Shown here: piece after piece, positions 11,055 to 23,852 of the stretch | Position numbering within the stretch: the stretch's first letter is position 1 | How the letters are laid out: each line of letters starts with the position of its first letter | DNA from: Balanoglossus misakiensis | Lineage: Eukaryota > Animalia > Hemichordata | DNA length: 64,000 nt | Reading direction: 5' to 3' | Assembly: GCA_040954595.2 (NCBI GenBank) | Contig: CM082589.2 | Location: forward strand, 2,225,498-2,289,497 | The notes under the pieces: generated by a model | What the model saw: the letters and a program-made list of their open reading frames with translations, nothing else | Databases searched by the model: none | Told to the model about the DNA's origin: nothing | Translations under genes and position numbers: made by a program

Positions 11055-11116
11055 TGACTGACTGACTGTCTGTCTGACTGACTGATTGACTGATTGATTG
11101 ATTGATTGATTGATTG
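11055..11116. repeat. Compound (TGAC)/(TGTC)/(TGAT) microsatellite
   Basis: Directly visible; graded change of unit along the tract. Confidence 0.95.
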
Positions 11117-14100
11117 GGGTCGCTGGGTTGTTTTAGCGGTCAATACCCACACTGTCCCAACCCCAAGGGTAGGGATGCTACAAGCACCTGCCACACAAGG
11201 TCGGGATGTATACACTGTAGTACTCTATGTTGTGGGTTACTAGCTGACAAGTTCCTCTGCTTTGAGATCCAAGCCAGGCACAGATGTGCTTTCAGAGCGC
11301 GTCTATGGATAGCCTCCTCAACGAACCGACACACCTGGTGCACGATGCACTCATTAATTTTTATTGTGGCGTCGCTCGCCGCACCCTTAACCAGCTCGTC
11401 CATTCTCACTCAGGCTTCACGTAGTTAATTACCAGAGATGCCCCGCAAGCTCGGCTGGTTTCGAAATTAAGACAAGCGACACACAGAAAAGGAATTAATG
11501 TCCCATCCTAATTGACTCAATTAATTTAGGGTACAGTTATGGGACATTTGTGGTGTTTACCGGAGCAAGACCGATTCTCATAATACTGTGGTCGGGGCGC
11601 GCCGTATTCTCTGTTCCGGTAATGCTCCAGTGAAGACATTTTCTTTCGCATTTACAGCGTCTGTATGCGGTTGGGAACGTCACGCGGGTTTATTACGTGT
11701 ATCTCTCTAAAGACCTTTCCGTTATTTTTACTTAAAGGGACGATAACCGAAACCTTTGGGTTTTTCATGCATTTACTTCCATGCTAGAACTTAAGTTTCT
11801 TGTTCTCTCACAGAATTTGCCAGGTATTCGGTGTGTCATGAAAGTAGGCCGGGTCACAGTCTTTCGAGTGGAAGAGGGGCTGTGTCTGTGCGCATGTGCA
11901 TGCCAGAGGCGCACGGCGTGCGCGTTCCCGTGACGGTATTGGTTTGGCACAACTGGAAGTTGGGTTCAGTCTGTCCCTATTTCCGGGTGTAGTTTATTTT
12001 TACTTTTTATTAAAATTCAGGTAATTAACCTTGGAGAAAATGATATTGTAATAAAACTTACACGCGTTGTCTTTGTGCCCCACCGTGACAGACAGTTTCT
12101 ATACAGATCATGGCGACTTCCAGTTCAACTACATTGTATATACAGGCACAGACGGCCACTTCTCATAAAACAACCGCCGTATTCGTGCATGACCAGATTT
12201 TCACAATAGCTGCAGCTAGTGCGGTGACGGTTGACGGATTCGGAACAATGTCAATCAAACTTAAGCATCGATCATCAATTTGCTTGATTGTTCAAACTTG
12301 CCATAGTGCTCATGACCTTGACTCTGGACTTGATCAGATGATGAAAATTTAATGGCGCTAAAGCGAGGAAGACGATTATTGGGAGAGGAAAAAAAGTTGA
12401 ATTCACTTGGAAATCGTGTGCGGATTTTCCGCAAGTAATCGTGATTATTCTGAAGTCTGGCAGTTTCATTATTTGCTTAGGAATAAAGTTGTTATTTGCG
12501 TGTTTTAAAAAAATAGAAACTGTTCCAGAACGATGACGATAAAACACGACATATTAACACCAGATTAATCATTCATTGAGTAAGTAGGTCAAAGGTCACC
12601 CTTAAATTCAGAGACAAATTCTGGTCCCTTATTAATTGACCCGCATCAACAATGCAATAGTCCTCCATAAAAAAAACACCTGAACAAAAAGCAATGAGAG
12701 AGGGGGAGGGAAAGAGGGGAGGGCGGTCCGTGGCAACATTTACATGCACTACTTATAGAACGTCAAAATATTGATATGCCAATTTAACTCTAACATGAAA
12801 CATTGTACAAATTAATGTAATTTACGGCATAAATATATTCTTCATTGAGTTCGTTGAAAATAATACAATTATTAAACCTTCATTAAATTTCTTCTGGAAG
12901 TGTTGACACACTAACAATAAAAAGGTGCTTATCTTAAAGAAAATCGGATTAGGAATAAATTAGGAATAAAATTGCAATTACATAAAGTTTCCGGGAAAGA
13001 AAGGAGTGTAATTTTATATTCCCACTTTAGTGACATGGGCTTTGCTTGAGTCGACCTGCAATAGCGCCAGAGACTGGCCCAGAACAATGCCCAGCCAGGC
13101 ATTATTGTAACAGACTTAGAAAGTGCTTGCTTGAACTAGGCTCCATCGCTTTAATTTCCTTAATTGGGGGTCTTATCGACTGCGAGTAATTGAAATTGCT
13201 GATCGTGAGAAAAGAAAATGAAAATATCAATTCTGCGAGGGGTATAATTCCCTTATGCGTAATACGCGCGTATGAAAATACAGGAGAGTCTTTGGGGTGT
13301 CTTTGTATAGTTTATCTAATGAAAGATATTTGTCATACTTCGCCCAAATAATACTCCATCGGGTTAGCAAACTGATGATTTAATATTTCTGGCCAGCGTT
13401 GTGGTGCAGAGGAGGTATAAAGCAAAATGGAACGGGTGATCTGACTTGCATTACTTGGCTGGCTACTGGAATAAACCGTGAACTTATTTTGTCCTTTGGA
13501 AGTGGATCTCGGTGAAACTTCGCAAGAACATGTATCCATCCGCACCTGTGCACGTCTGTCGTCACGGTGTGTCTTGCATACTCGCTACAGTAGAACTATG
13601 TAAATCACTACATGTGTACCTATACTCTGTCCTGGGTGATTATTAACATTTAATAAGGTTTTCTCTGGATATGCGTCCGCCCACGTTAGTTGGCTTCTGT
13701 GCCTTTCACACCCTCAAATGCGACTTTTCAAAGGGCGGATTGATCGGAGAGAACCTCCAGACAATACCGGCGCGTTTTCTCAATTTAACCCGTACAAATG
13801 TTAACGTGTTATGCCCTGGGAGACATCAACTCAAAGCACGCAGTGCAATTGTCCTCCTAGAAGACAGGCATGTATTCTTCCCTCAGCCTAGACTCATACA
13901 TGATACATGATTTGATGCTGTGAAATAAACAATAGTTAAGAGATAAGCCGGGATGTGTTTCTCTAACTGAACCATAGGCTGAGTAAATGAAATTGACATT
14001 TGATCCCTGGGAGGGTTGGTTTCAATTTGTAGTATTTCATTTCTGTTTTTGATATGGACCTCGGCGTCCGCAGAGACCAGCCTGATTACAATAAGCACGA

Positions 14101-14359
14101 TACATTTCGCTTACAAGAGTTTGTTATTACAGGATTTCGTTATAAATATAGGCTACTGAAATTAGAATGCCACCTCAGTTTATGTCCTGTGCAATCAGTC
14201 AATTCCCCGATGGCGACAGTAATGAAGGGGACGTCGGAACATGACAGAAATTTTGTTATTAATTTCGTTAAACTCTGACATTTGTGAAGTCTTTCAGCTT
14301 GCGTATCTATACATTGGAAGTGAAAGTGTCATATAGAGGGCCTGTTATATAGAAGACGA

Positions 14360-14788
14360 TCTGTCTGTCTGTCTGCCTGTTTGCCTGCCTGCCTGTCTGT
14401 CTGTCTGCCTGTTTGCCTGCCTGCCTGCCTGCCTGCTGCCTGCCTGCCTGTCTGCCTGTCTGTCTGTTTGCCTGCCTGCCTGTATGTCTGCTTGCCTGCC
14501 TGTCTGTCTGTCTGCCTGCCTGCCTGCCTGTCTGTCTGTCTGTCTGTCTGCCCGCCTGCCTGCCCGCCTGCCTGTCTGCCTGTCTGTCTGTTTGCCTGCC
14601 TGCCTGTATGTCTGCTTGCCTGCCTGTCTGTCTGTCTGCCTGCCTGCCTGCCTGTCTGTCTGTCTGTCTGTCTGCCCGCCTGCCTGTCTGCCTGCCTGCC
14701 TGCCTGTCTGTCTGTCTGTCTGCCCGCCTGCCTGCCCGCCTGCCTGCCCGCCTGCCTGTCTGCCTGCCTGCCTGCCTGCCTGCCTGTT

Positions 14789-14820
<32 letters not shown>

Positions 14821-17278
14821 TGTCTGTCTGCCTGTTTGCCTGCCTGCCTGCCTGCCTGCTGCCTGCCTGCCTGTCTGCCTGCCTGCCTGCCTGTCTGTCT
14901 GTCTGTCTGTCTGCCCGCCTGCCTGCCCGCCTGCCTGTCTGTCTGCCTGCCTGCCTGCCTGTTTGCCTGCCTGTCTGTCTGCCTGCCTGCCTGTCTGCCT
15001 GCCTGCCTGTTTGCCTGCCTGCCTGCCTTCCTGCCTGCCTGTCTGTCTGTCTGCCTGTTTGCCTGCCTGCCTGCCTGCCTGCTGCCTGCCTGCCTGTCTG
15101 CCTGCCTGCCTGCCTGTCTGTCTGTCTGTCTGTCTGCCCGCCTGCCTGCCCGCTTGCCTGTCTGTCTGCCTGCCTGCCTGTTTGCCTGCCTGCCTGTCTG
15201 TCTGCCTGCTGCCTGCCTAACTGTCTGCCTGCCTGCCTGCCTGTCTGTCTGTCTGTCTGTCTGCCCGCCTGCCTGCCCGCCTGCCTGCCTGCCTGCCTGT
15301 CTGTCTGCCTGTCTGCCTGCCTGTCTGTCTGTCTGTCTGTCTGCCCGCCTGCCTGCCCACCTGCCTGTCTGTCTGCCTGCCTGCCTGCCTGTTTGCCTGC
15401 CTGCCTGCCTGCCTGCTGCCTGCCTGCCTGTCTGTCTGTCTGTCTGTCTGCCCGCCTGCCTGCCCGCCTGCCTGTCTGTCTGTCTGCCTGCTGCCTGTCT
15501 GTCTGCCTGCCTGCCTGTCTGCCTGCCTGTCTGTCTGCTTGCCTGCCTGTCTGTCTGTCTGCCTGCCTGCCTGCCTGTCTGTCTGTCTGCCTGCCTGCCT
15601 GTCTGTCTGTCTGTCTGTCTGTCTGCCCGCCTGCCTGCCCGCCTGCCTGTCTGCCTGTCTGTCTGTTTGCCTGCCTGCCTGTATGTCTGCTTGCCTGCCT
15701 GTCTGTCTGTCTGTCTGCCTGCCTGTCTGTCTGTCTGTCTGTCTGCCCGCCTGCCTGCCCGCCTGCCTGTCTGTCTGCCTGCCTGCCTGCCTGTTTGCCT
15801 GCCTGCCTGCCTGCCTGCTGCCTGCCTGCCTGTCTGCCTGTCTGTCTGTCTGTCTGTCTGCCCGCCTGCCTGCCCGCCTGCCTGTCTGTCTGCCTGTCTG
15901 CCTGTCTGCCTGCCTGTCTGTCTGTCTGTCTGTCTGCCCGCCTGCCTGCCCGCCTGCCTGTCTGTCTGCCTGCCTGCCTGCCTGTTTGCCTGCCTGCCTG
16001 CCTGCCTGCTGCCTGCCTGCCTGTCTGCCTGCCTGCCTGCCTGTCTGTCTGTCTGTCTGTCTGCCCGCCTGCCTGCCCGCCTGCCTGTCTGTCTGTCTGC
16101 CTGCCTGCCTGCCTGCTGCCTGTCTGTCTGCCTGCCTGCCTGTCTGTCTGCTTGCCTGCCTGTCTGTCTGTCTGCCTGCCTGCCTGTCTGTCTGCCTGCC
16201 TGCCTGTCTGTCTGTCTGTCTGTCTGTCTGCCCGCCTGCCTGCCTGCCCGCCTGCCTGTCTGCCTGTCTGTCTGTTTGCCTGCCTGCCTGTATGTCTGCT
16301 TGCCTGCCTGTCTGTCTGTCTGTCTGTCTGCCTGCCTGTCTGTCTGTCTGTCTGTCTGCCCGCCTGCCTGCCCGCCTGCCTGTCTGCCTGCCTGCCTGCC
16401 TGCCTGTCTGTCTGTCTGTCTGTCTGCCCGCCTGCCTGCCCGCCTGCCTGTCTGTCTGCCTGCCTGCCTGCCTGCCTGTTTGCCTGCCTGCCTGCCTGTC
16501 TGTCTGTCTGCCTGTTTGCCTGCCTGCCTGCCTGCCTGCCTGCTGCCTGCCTGCCTGTCTGCCTGCCTGTCTGTCTGTCTGTCTGTCTGCCCGCCTGTCT
16601 GCCCGCCTGCCTGTCTGTCTGCCTGCCTGCCTGCCTGTTTGCCTGCCTGCCTGTCTGTCTGCCTGCTGCCTGCCTGCCTGTCTGCCTGCCTGTCTGTCTG
16701 TCTGTCTGTCTGCCCGCCTGCCTGCCCGCCTGCCTGCCTGCCTGTCTGTCTGTCTGCCTGTCTGCCTGCCTGCCTGCCTGTCTGTCTGTCTGTCTGTCTG
16801 CCCGCCTGCCTGCCCGCCTGCCTGCCTGCCCGCCTGCCTGTCTGTCTGCCTGCCTGCCTGCCTGCCTGTTTGCCTGCCTGCCTGCCTGCTGCCTGCCTGC
16901 ATGTCTGCCTACCTGCCTGCCTGTCTGTCTGTCTGTCTGTCTGTCTGCCCGCCTGCCTGCCCGCCTGCCTGCCTGCCCGCCTGCTTGCTGCCTGTCTGTC
17001 TGCCTGCCTGCCTGTCTGTCTGCCTGCCTGCCTGCCTGTTTGCCTGCCTGCCTGTCTGTCTTCCTGGCTGCCTGCCTGCCTGCCTGCTGCCTGCCTGCCT
17101 GCTGCCTGCCTGCCTGCCTGTCTGTCTGTCTGTCTGCCTGCCTGTCTGTCTGTCTGTCTGCCTGTCTGCCTGTCTGTCTGCCTGCCTGCCTGTCTGTCTG
17201 CCTGCCTGCCTGCCTGTTTGCCTGCCTGCCTGTCTGTCTGCCTGCTGCCTGCCTGTCTGTCTGTCTGTCTGTCCGCCT
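14360..17278. repeat. Compound tetranucleotide array (CCTG/TCTG with CCCG, TTTG and CTG variants), about 2.9 kb, about 730 units
   Basis: Directly visible. The + strand has only about 9 A residues, and higher-order modules recur. Confidence 0.99.
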
Positions 17279-20200
17279 TCCAAGAATCCCCAGTGTTTAC
17301 TCTCCGAACAAATGGGTGCTATGCAATCCCCGGGGGCACCTGTCGCTACAGGGGGTCTACCACTCATACTAAACGTCCCTTCGCCGAAGACCAGAATATT
17401 CAGGTTTGGCGATCAAACAATGCCCTAGACACTGACCCTTCCCAGTCAAAATTCCCTCACTACTGTTCTGGCGTAACCAATCTCCTTCGCGCCGATACAT
17501 AATGAATTATTCCTGCACACAAAACGGAGTGGAGCATTTAGAATCTACAAAAGATGACCCCTTTCAGGTGCGATATGAGAACACGTTTGCAGTAGTCTTG
17601 TTACTTAAAGGCGTCCGTTCTTTATCAGCTTTATCTAAAAAGCAAATGGGTTATAACTTTATGAATATTTATATGGATGACAAATACTTTAGCGAGGAGC
17701 AGTGTTATAATATGGTATAGTGATACCGAATGAGCAACGGGAGGTATGGGCAAACATGGCATACATCCTGTGATATATTCCTTCAAATGTCCTGCAAAGA
17801 CCGAACTTTCCGACTATAAAATTAATATGGCAAGTCACTGGTCGGAGATACCGGTAATTGAAACATTAAAACAATCGCGATGTCGGGTTTAGTATGTCAA
17901 GTAGTACAGCCGACTGTCAATAATCGATTTAAGGATTCATAATAAGATGGCTTTATTTAAACGATCTTAACTTTATCGCTACTTTCGAAGCTCACGTTTA
18001 TCGCTGTTTATCGTCTTATTTGTTGGACAGATTCCTCAATCATATAACTGTCTCCCGGCTTTTGCAACGCCCGGGTCGTGCGGTCTTTTGGTAACACGTC
18101 GTCGATGGCTGGTGAGACGTCATTTAGAGCGACGCATCCCGTTCAAAATGTTGATGTTGGCCATCGATGCAGAAGAGAAATGTCATCAATGAACGCCAGA
18201 CTGAGTTCTCTATATCCACTCCGCTGACGTGGAGAGACGTCATTCACCGGACGACCATGAGTTTACACCGCCGCGCCACTAACCTAAACATCGCACGTAC
18301 AAATCTAACATGACTACCGAGTACTCGAGCGGCAATAAAACGCTTCCCCCCAAAATCCATCTTTTATGAGGGGGCTATTAAAAGTAAGTAAAACGAAGAG
18401 AAGGCCAACACTCGGAATAATACTCGCGGGTGAACTTTGACCCCTGCCCAAGTCAATTTCACGCAAGTTGGAGGGTCTCAGTGATGCTAATTGACAAGGA
18501 CTCGCGCAAATGATAAATAATTCGTTGTTATTTTTCACAAACCGTGCTCGATTTCACTTGATTTTTATAGCATTGAAATGGGCATTAATCAAATCGGAAA
18601 TGAAACATGCATGGAAACGTTTTTTAAAACACAGACATAAAGCCGTTCATATGACATGATAGTCGGTGAAAGACTGCATGTGGCCACATCAGTATTTTCC
18701 TTAGTTAAATCGGATGATAAAGGTCGATTTTGGAAATTGTCATTATAGGAGCTAACATCATCTTGGTGAGACGGAGGTGAGATTACAACACAACTAACAC
18801 AGGTTATCGAGCCGACTTGATTGCATTCAGGGAAGAGGTGTCAGAAACATTTGCTGTTCCGCTGTAATCTTTTCTTCGCTGGTGCAAAATTTCAGATTTT
18901 ACGCCATTAAGGTGACCCAACAATCGTGGTTTTGGCAGGATTGTAAGATCGCCGGCGACACTAATCTCTACTCTATGCTTCAGAAACACTCGTCATCCGC
19001 CTCGAACCGCATCGCCAAGGTTTGAAATTTGTCAGGTGACAGACGAGTCGCGGTGATGAAATAGGGAGATAATCCACTTTGAATCCGATCGCAGGTGTTA
19101 GTACATGTGACTGGGTGTTAACTTCTCGCTATCTCGATTGCACCAGGCGAGATTATCGCGCGATGTGAAATTACGACATCTTCGGTTACCTAACCATGTA
19201 CCGCCAGAACGCCGTCAACGATATATAACATCGCGTACGCGTCTCGGGCGATACAACAAAGATATTGTCTTTCACAGCAATCGCATAAATATTAATGTAA
19301 TAAACCGGTAAAATGAACTATATTCATATCCTTCGAGTAAAAAAGGAAAACACGTGCGTATACACTTATCAGGTTTCGTCAATTGTGTCTGTTAAGATAG
19401 TTCGCTAAACTGGTTACATTTATAAATAAAAACGCACTGAAATTAAACATATCCCTAAAAGCCCTTCTCCGATTTCCTTGTTACCAGATAATATAGACGA
19501 ATTTTCGAAAGGTAAAATATATGAATCCAAAACCACAAAATAATAATATCATTCGTTATAAAAAATCATGATTAAATATAAAGCCTATCGCCAGTCTTAT
19601 TGATTCAAAATTAGACTAAAAATGTGTCAATCTTTGACTTTATAAGTGGCTCTGAATGTAGGAAACTAAATATCCCATTTTTACACAAGTCTTTCATCTT
19701 TAACCGACGGCATCCTTGCCTGAGTTAATTCCGTTCAAGTAACAAATATGTATTTTGCAAGATTTATGTCTGACATTTGGAAGAATCAAATGTTCGCTTT
19801 ATTAATGAGTTGTTGTGGCGTAGTGAGTTCCGTGCAATCGCTAAAAGCTTCTCGTGTGATTTACAAGCGCTTCTTTTCGCTGCCGGTCTGTAGTAGCAGC
19901 CGTATTTTGCCCAACACTTGAAATCACAACTCCTGTTCAAGTCTAGGAAGTACTAGTAACCGGAGACGACTAAACTCCACTTCAATCGTTTATTTCAATC
20001 CGAGCGCTCAATCAAACTCAATTCTCCTTTTTATATATAAAAAGTGGGCACTTGTATTAAAGCAAACACTTATCGTTGGAATCCGATACCCTACGTAGTT
20101 AATGTCTAAATCAGTGATTTCACAGTTTAAAAGCAAATCAAATCGAACAAGAGTTGATTCCCTCCCGACTACATGCAGGTACTTTGTAAAACAAGGTAAA

Positions 20201-23200
20201 ACTGACCGTTGTGGGTTCTGACTCAGGAGGGCATAGTCAGAGCCAGGGAGGGGGAGGGTGCGCTCGCGGACCAATATACCGAATAAGGAGTAGTGAACGT
20301 CATACTATTCATGAATAATTAATCAGACGCCTCTTCTCGGCAAACAGAGCGCCACATTTTCGACATGGGTCTTCCATGTATGGCCAGCCCTGTATTTCTA
20401 TGAGTTGACGTCCGTATAACTCGCTAGTTTGCACTCTATAACTCTTAGACCATTCGACCTACCCTTTATTTGCAGTACGTAGACACACCAAACTCTTATA
20501 GGATTTTACATACCTGAATAGGTATAAGCTGTCAACTGCGCAGGTCTTCCATCGTTGTACTTGGTGCGGGCGATAGCGAGGGTCCTCTCCGTATCGTTTG
20601 GTTTATTTACCAATTTAAAATAATCCATTTCTATTGACAAAATAAAATATATAAAATACGAAAAATATATGTTACTCCCGGGGCATCCACATTATAATTC
20701 GCAGGCGTAAAATTGCCTTTAACTGCAGTGTTTATCAGTGATTGTTTTCTCATAGATCACTGAAAGTTATATGAATAGATAACGCGAACACCAAACAGTA
20801 AAATTCGATTGCACATTTTAAATTGAATTTCACAGATGTGCAAGCGCAGAGAAATCGTGATTTCAAGCGAACACTGTAAATAATTTTACACTTGTGTTTT
20901 TTGTCCATTCCACAAAAGCCTGGACAAGACAAAAGCGGAAACGTCAGAATCTGAAACGCCATTATGCTCTCAAGATCTCTCCGTGTCGCTTTACCAAATT
21001 AAAGCTTATCGCCGAGTCTTTGTCATCTGTAAATTTTATCAGTATTTTTGAGCCTCTTACTGCATTGCGCGGGAGAGATCATCGCCCCCGGCCAACAATC
21101 TAGCAGCTAAAGCTTTCTAAATATGACATGGCACCAGCGTTTTATCATTGCCTACCGCTGGTATAATCAGTCTTTATTATTTTTATTACTCATACAATCC
21201 GCTTTTCACGTGTATAGCTGCTGCAATCCGCTTAGAAGATCATCAAAATATTTTTCTCCAATGCCTTTCGCCTCTGGTGATAGTATTTGTTCGCAAATCC
21301 TCAGTGCTCGTCAAAATCCGGATATAATTCTCCGGCACTCCTATTTTATTTGATCGTCTGCACGCGTCGCTTTTCTCCTGCGTGGTTTAGCGGCAAATCC
21401 GCTAGGGACACGCTCCACCCTCCCAACTACAAGAGCTCCCCGTTTTTCCCCCGTCATGAAATTCCCGCGATTTTGTTACTTAACTCCCCCAACGCCCTCG
21501 GCAATTCTTCTAAATTAAATTCACCAGCTCGGAAGGTCTGGTGCCTGGTTGCCTGTCCTCGGCATATCTGATGAGCGCGCGCGCCCGGGATCTCGTCAAA
21601 TTTCGTTGACGGGTGCTTGTCACGATATTAAGAACTATGAGAAAAATCAACGAATGTCAAAATTATGATAATAGTATATTAGAGGGATCTGGCCGTCTGT
21701 CAACAGAATTCTGCCCTCGTGTACTTGAGTGAGTGAATGCATGAATATCGCCCAGGGGTCTGATCCATGTACGTTTCATAGAGCGTTTCATATAGTACTT
21801 TGCGTGTCATAAATACGTAGCCAGATGGATCTTTTCCCTTTGAGCGCTTCACCTTCCAGGGCCAGGCTTTTTATTCGCTCTTTTCTCTATCAATTTCTTC
21901 TCTCTCCTATGGAAATGTATTCCCTTGTCATGTGATATTTTTATTTGATTTGTTAGAAAATTCTAGAACGAACACTCTCTCTCTAATTATACCTGGTTAT
22001 GTATCTTTGCCTGTCCGTCCGAGCAGCCAGCTACAATTACCCACAAGACGCACTAACACAGACCAAGCAATATACATGTATTGGCTGTTCACCCGCTTAA
22101 TTAGTCAGTCAATGTCTGCTTATCGGTCTGCAGCGCCCGGTTCGAGGTAGCCAGACAGCCGTGCAAACCGTTATACACGAAACCCCCAACTAGCTATATG
22201 TATATACTCAGGCTTCAGCGCCTCCATATTCCACAGCGCACAACCAACTCTACAGGGAGACGGGCCGACACAGCAGATGTGGCCTTTTACTGATGGAAAA
22301 ACACAGCACATTCTATATACGAACGGACCAGTTTAATCATTCATTGATTTCTTAGTCCGTTGTTACATGTTCCTCGCTAGTAAATTACACCGCGTTGGAC
22401 TATCAATCAAATCCCACAAAAAAGAGAACAATTCTTTTAAAATGTATACATAAAACATTCAATTATCACGACCAGTCGTCGATACGCACTGCTGGTACCA
22501 AGCTGCAATATTCAAATTTGGACTTGAAGATTGTCGAATCACTTGTATTAAAAAGAGACAGAAAAAAACAACAACATGACACTGATAAGTATAAGAGAGA
22601 AAAAAGTCAATTGAAAAGTAAAACATTCGTTGTTATGCGTCCAGACAGGCAAAGGACATGTTTTAAATTCGCGCCCTTAGTTCAATATCCCGTCGTAATT
22701 TTATAAAATTCTAGTTTGTATCCGGGTAACATATGGCGTACCCTCCGCGACTCCCAATTTGGATTCACTTACACGGAAAATATTCTAACAAAATGGCTGC
22801 CTGGTCCGTGGGGATTCGGTGACCGTTTTGCTCAGCGCCTTGTTCACAATTCGGCAATATTAATTATATCATCGGAAACTGTTTCCATTTTTTTGCCGCG
22901 CATCCAAATGACCCGCAGACAGACAGACATTCAAAGAAGACAATGGAATGACTAATCAAAATTATACTCGCTGAGACCAAATACGTGTATTCACTACCAT
23001 AATTTGTCGGACGCGAAATGTGCAGTAAAGTCTAACACGGCCAGACATAAAAATAATAAAACAACGAAAAGTAAGCTAAACCATACATGTGCTTCATCGC
23101 TGTAACTGGGTGGGGGAGAAATTTTATTGTTTAATTTCACAACACACAAGATATTTAATTTCGCCCCAGGATACGTGAAAAAGATAAGACTTTATAGGTA

Positions 23201-23734
23201 GGTAGATATCTCGCGAATAGAATCAAAAGATACAGTGAACAGTGAACTCGTACCATTGAGCGCAAAATATTTTATGAGTTTCCAACTAGAGTAAAAATGT
23301 GTTATAGTGATATTCCTCAGTACGTAGTGCATTTTAAAGTTAAAAACTGGGACCCTTCGCACCCCCTCCCCTCACACACAAACAAAAGGTACATTTTTAT
23401 GCGACTTTCACTCGGGTCAATTGATCATCCACAAAACAGAACACAAATCCTCGGAGGATAAGCGTAAACGTCATGACAGTATAATCAGAATTGATGACGC
23501 CATTTTATCATCTCGAATTACCGAAGTTTACTGCGTTCTGTTCCGCGTCTCAGGCGACTTAGAAAACGGGATGGCTTTTAATAACACCGATAAGCCGGAA
23601 AAAAATGTTCACCGGGCCGACCTTTGCGCATTTTAATGGGGACCGGCGGCGAAGCTTATGTTTCAACAGCTAACGGACATAGCTTTTCACAGGTATACTG
23701 TGTGGAAGAATGGAACATTAAAATAAAAGAGTAA

Positions 23735-23852
23735 CATTCATTCATTCATTCATTCATTCATTCATTCATTCATTCATTCATTCATTCATTCATTCATTCA
23801 TTCATTCATTCATTCATTCATTCATTCATTCATTCATTCATTCATTCATTCA
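23735..23852. repeat. (CATT)~29 perfect microsatellite
   Basis: Directly visible; preceded by AATAAA at 23722-23727. Confidence 0.99.

Noticed and set aside
11731-12100. TTAAAGGG start suggesting a TTAA-target MITE (also near 41488)
   Set aside because: No matching inverted terminus was found.
14381-17502. Very long Cys/Leu/Pro-rich and Gln/Arg-rich ORFs (up to 1029 aa)
   Set aside because: They are open only because the repeat lacks A on +. All frames give the same LPAC/LSVC or QAGR peptide, so they are not called as CDS.
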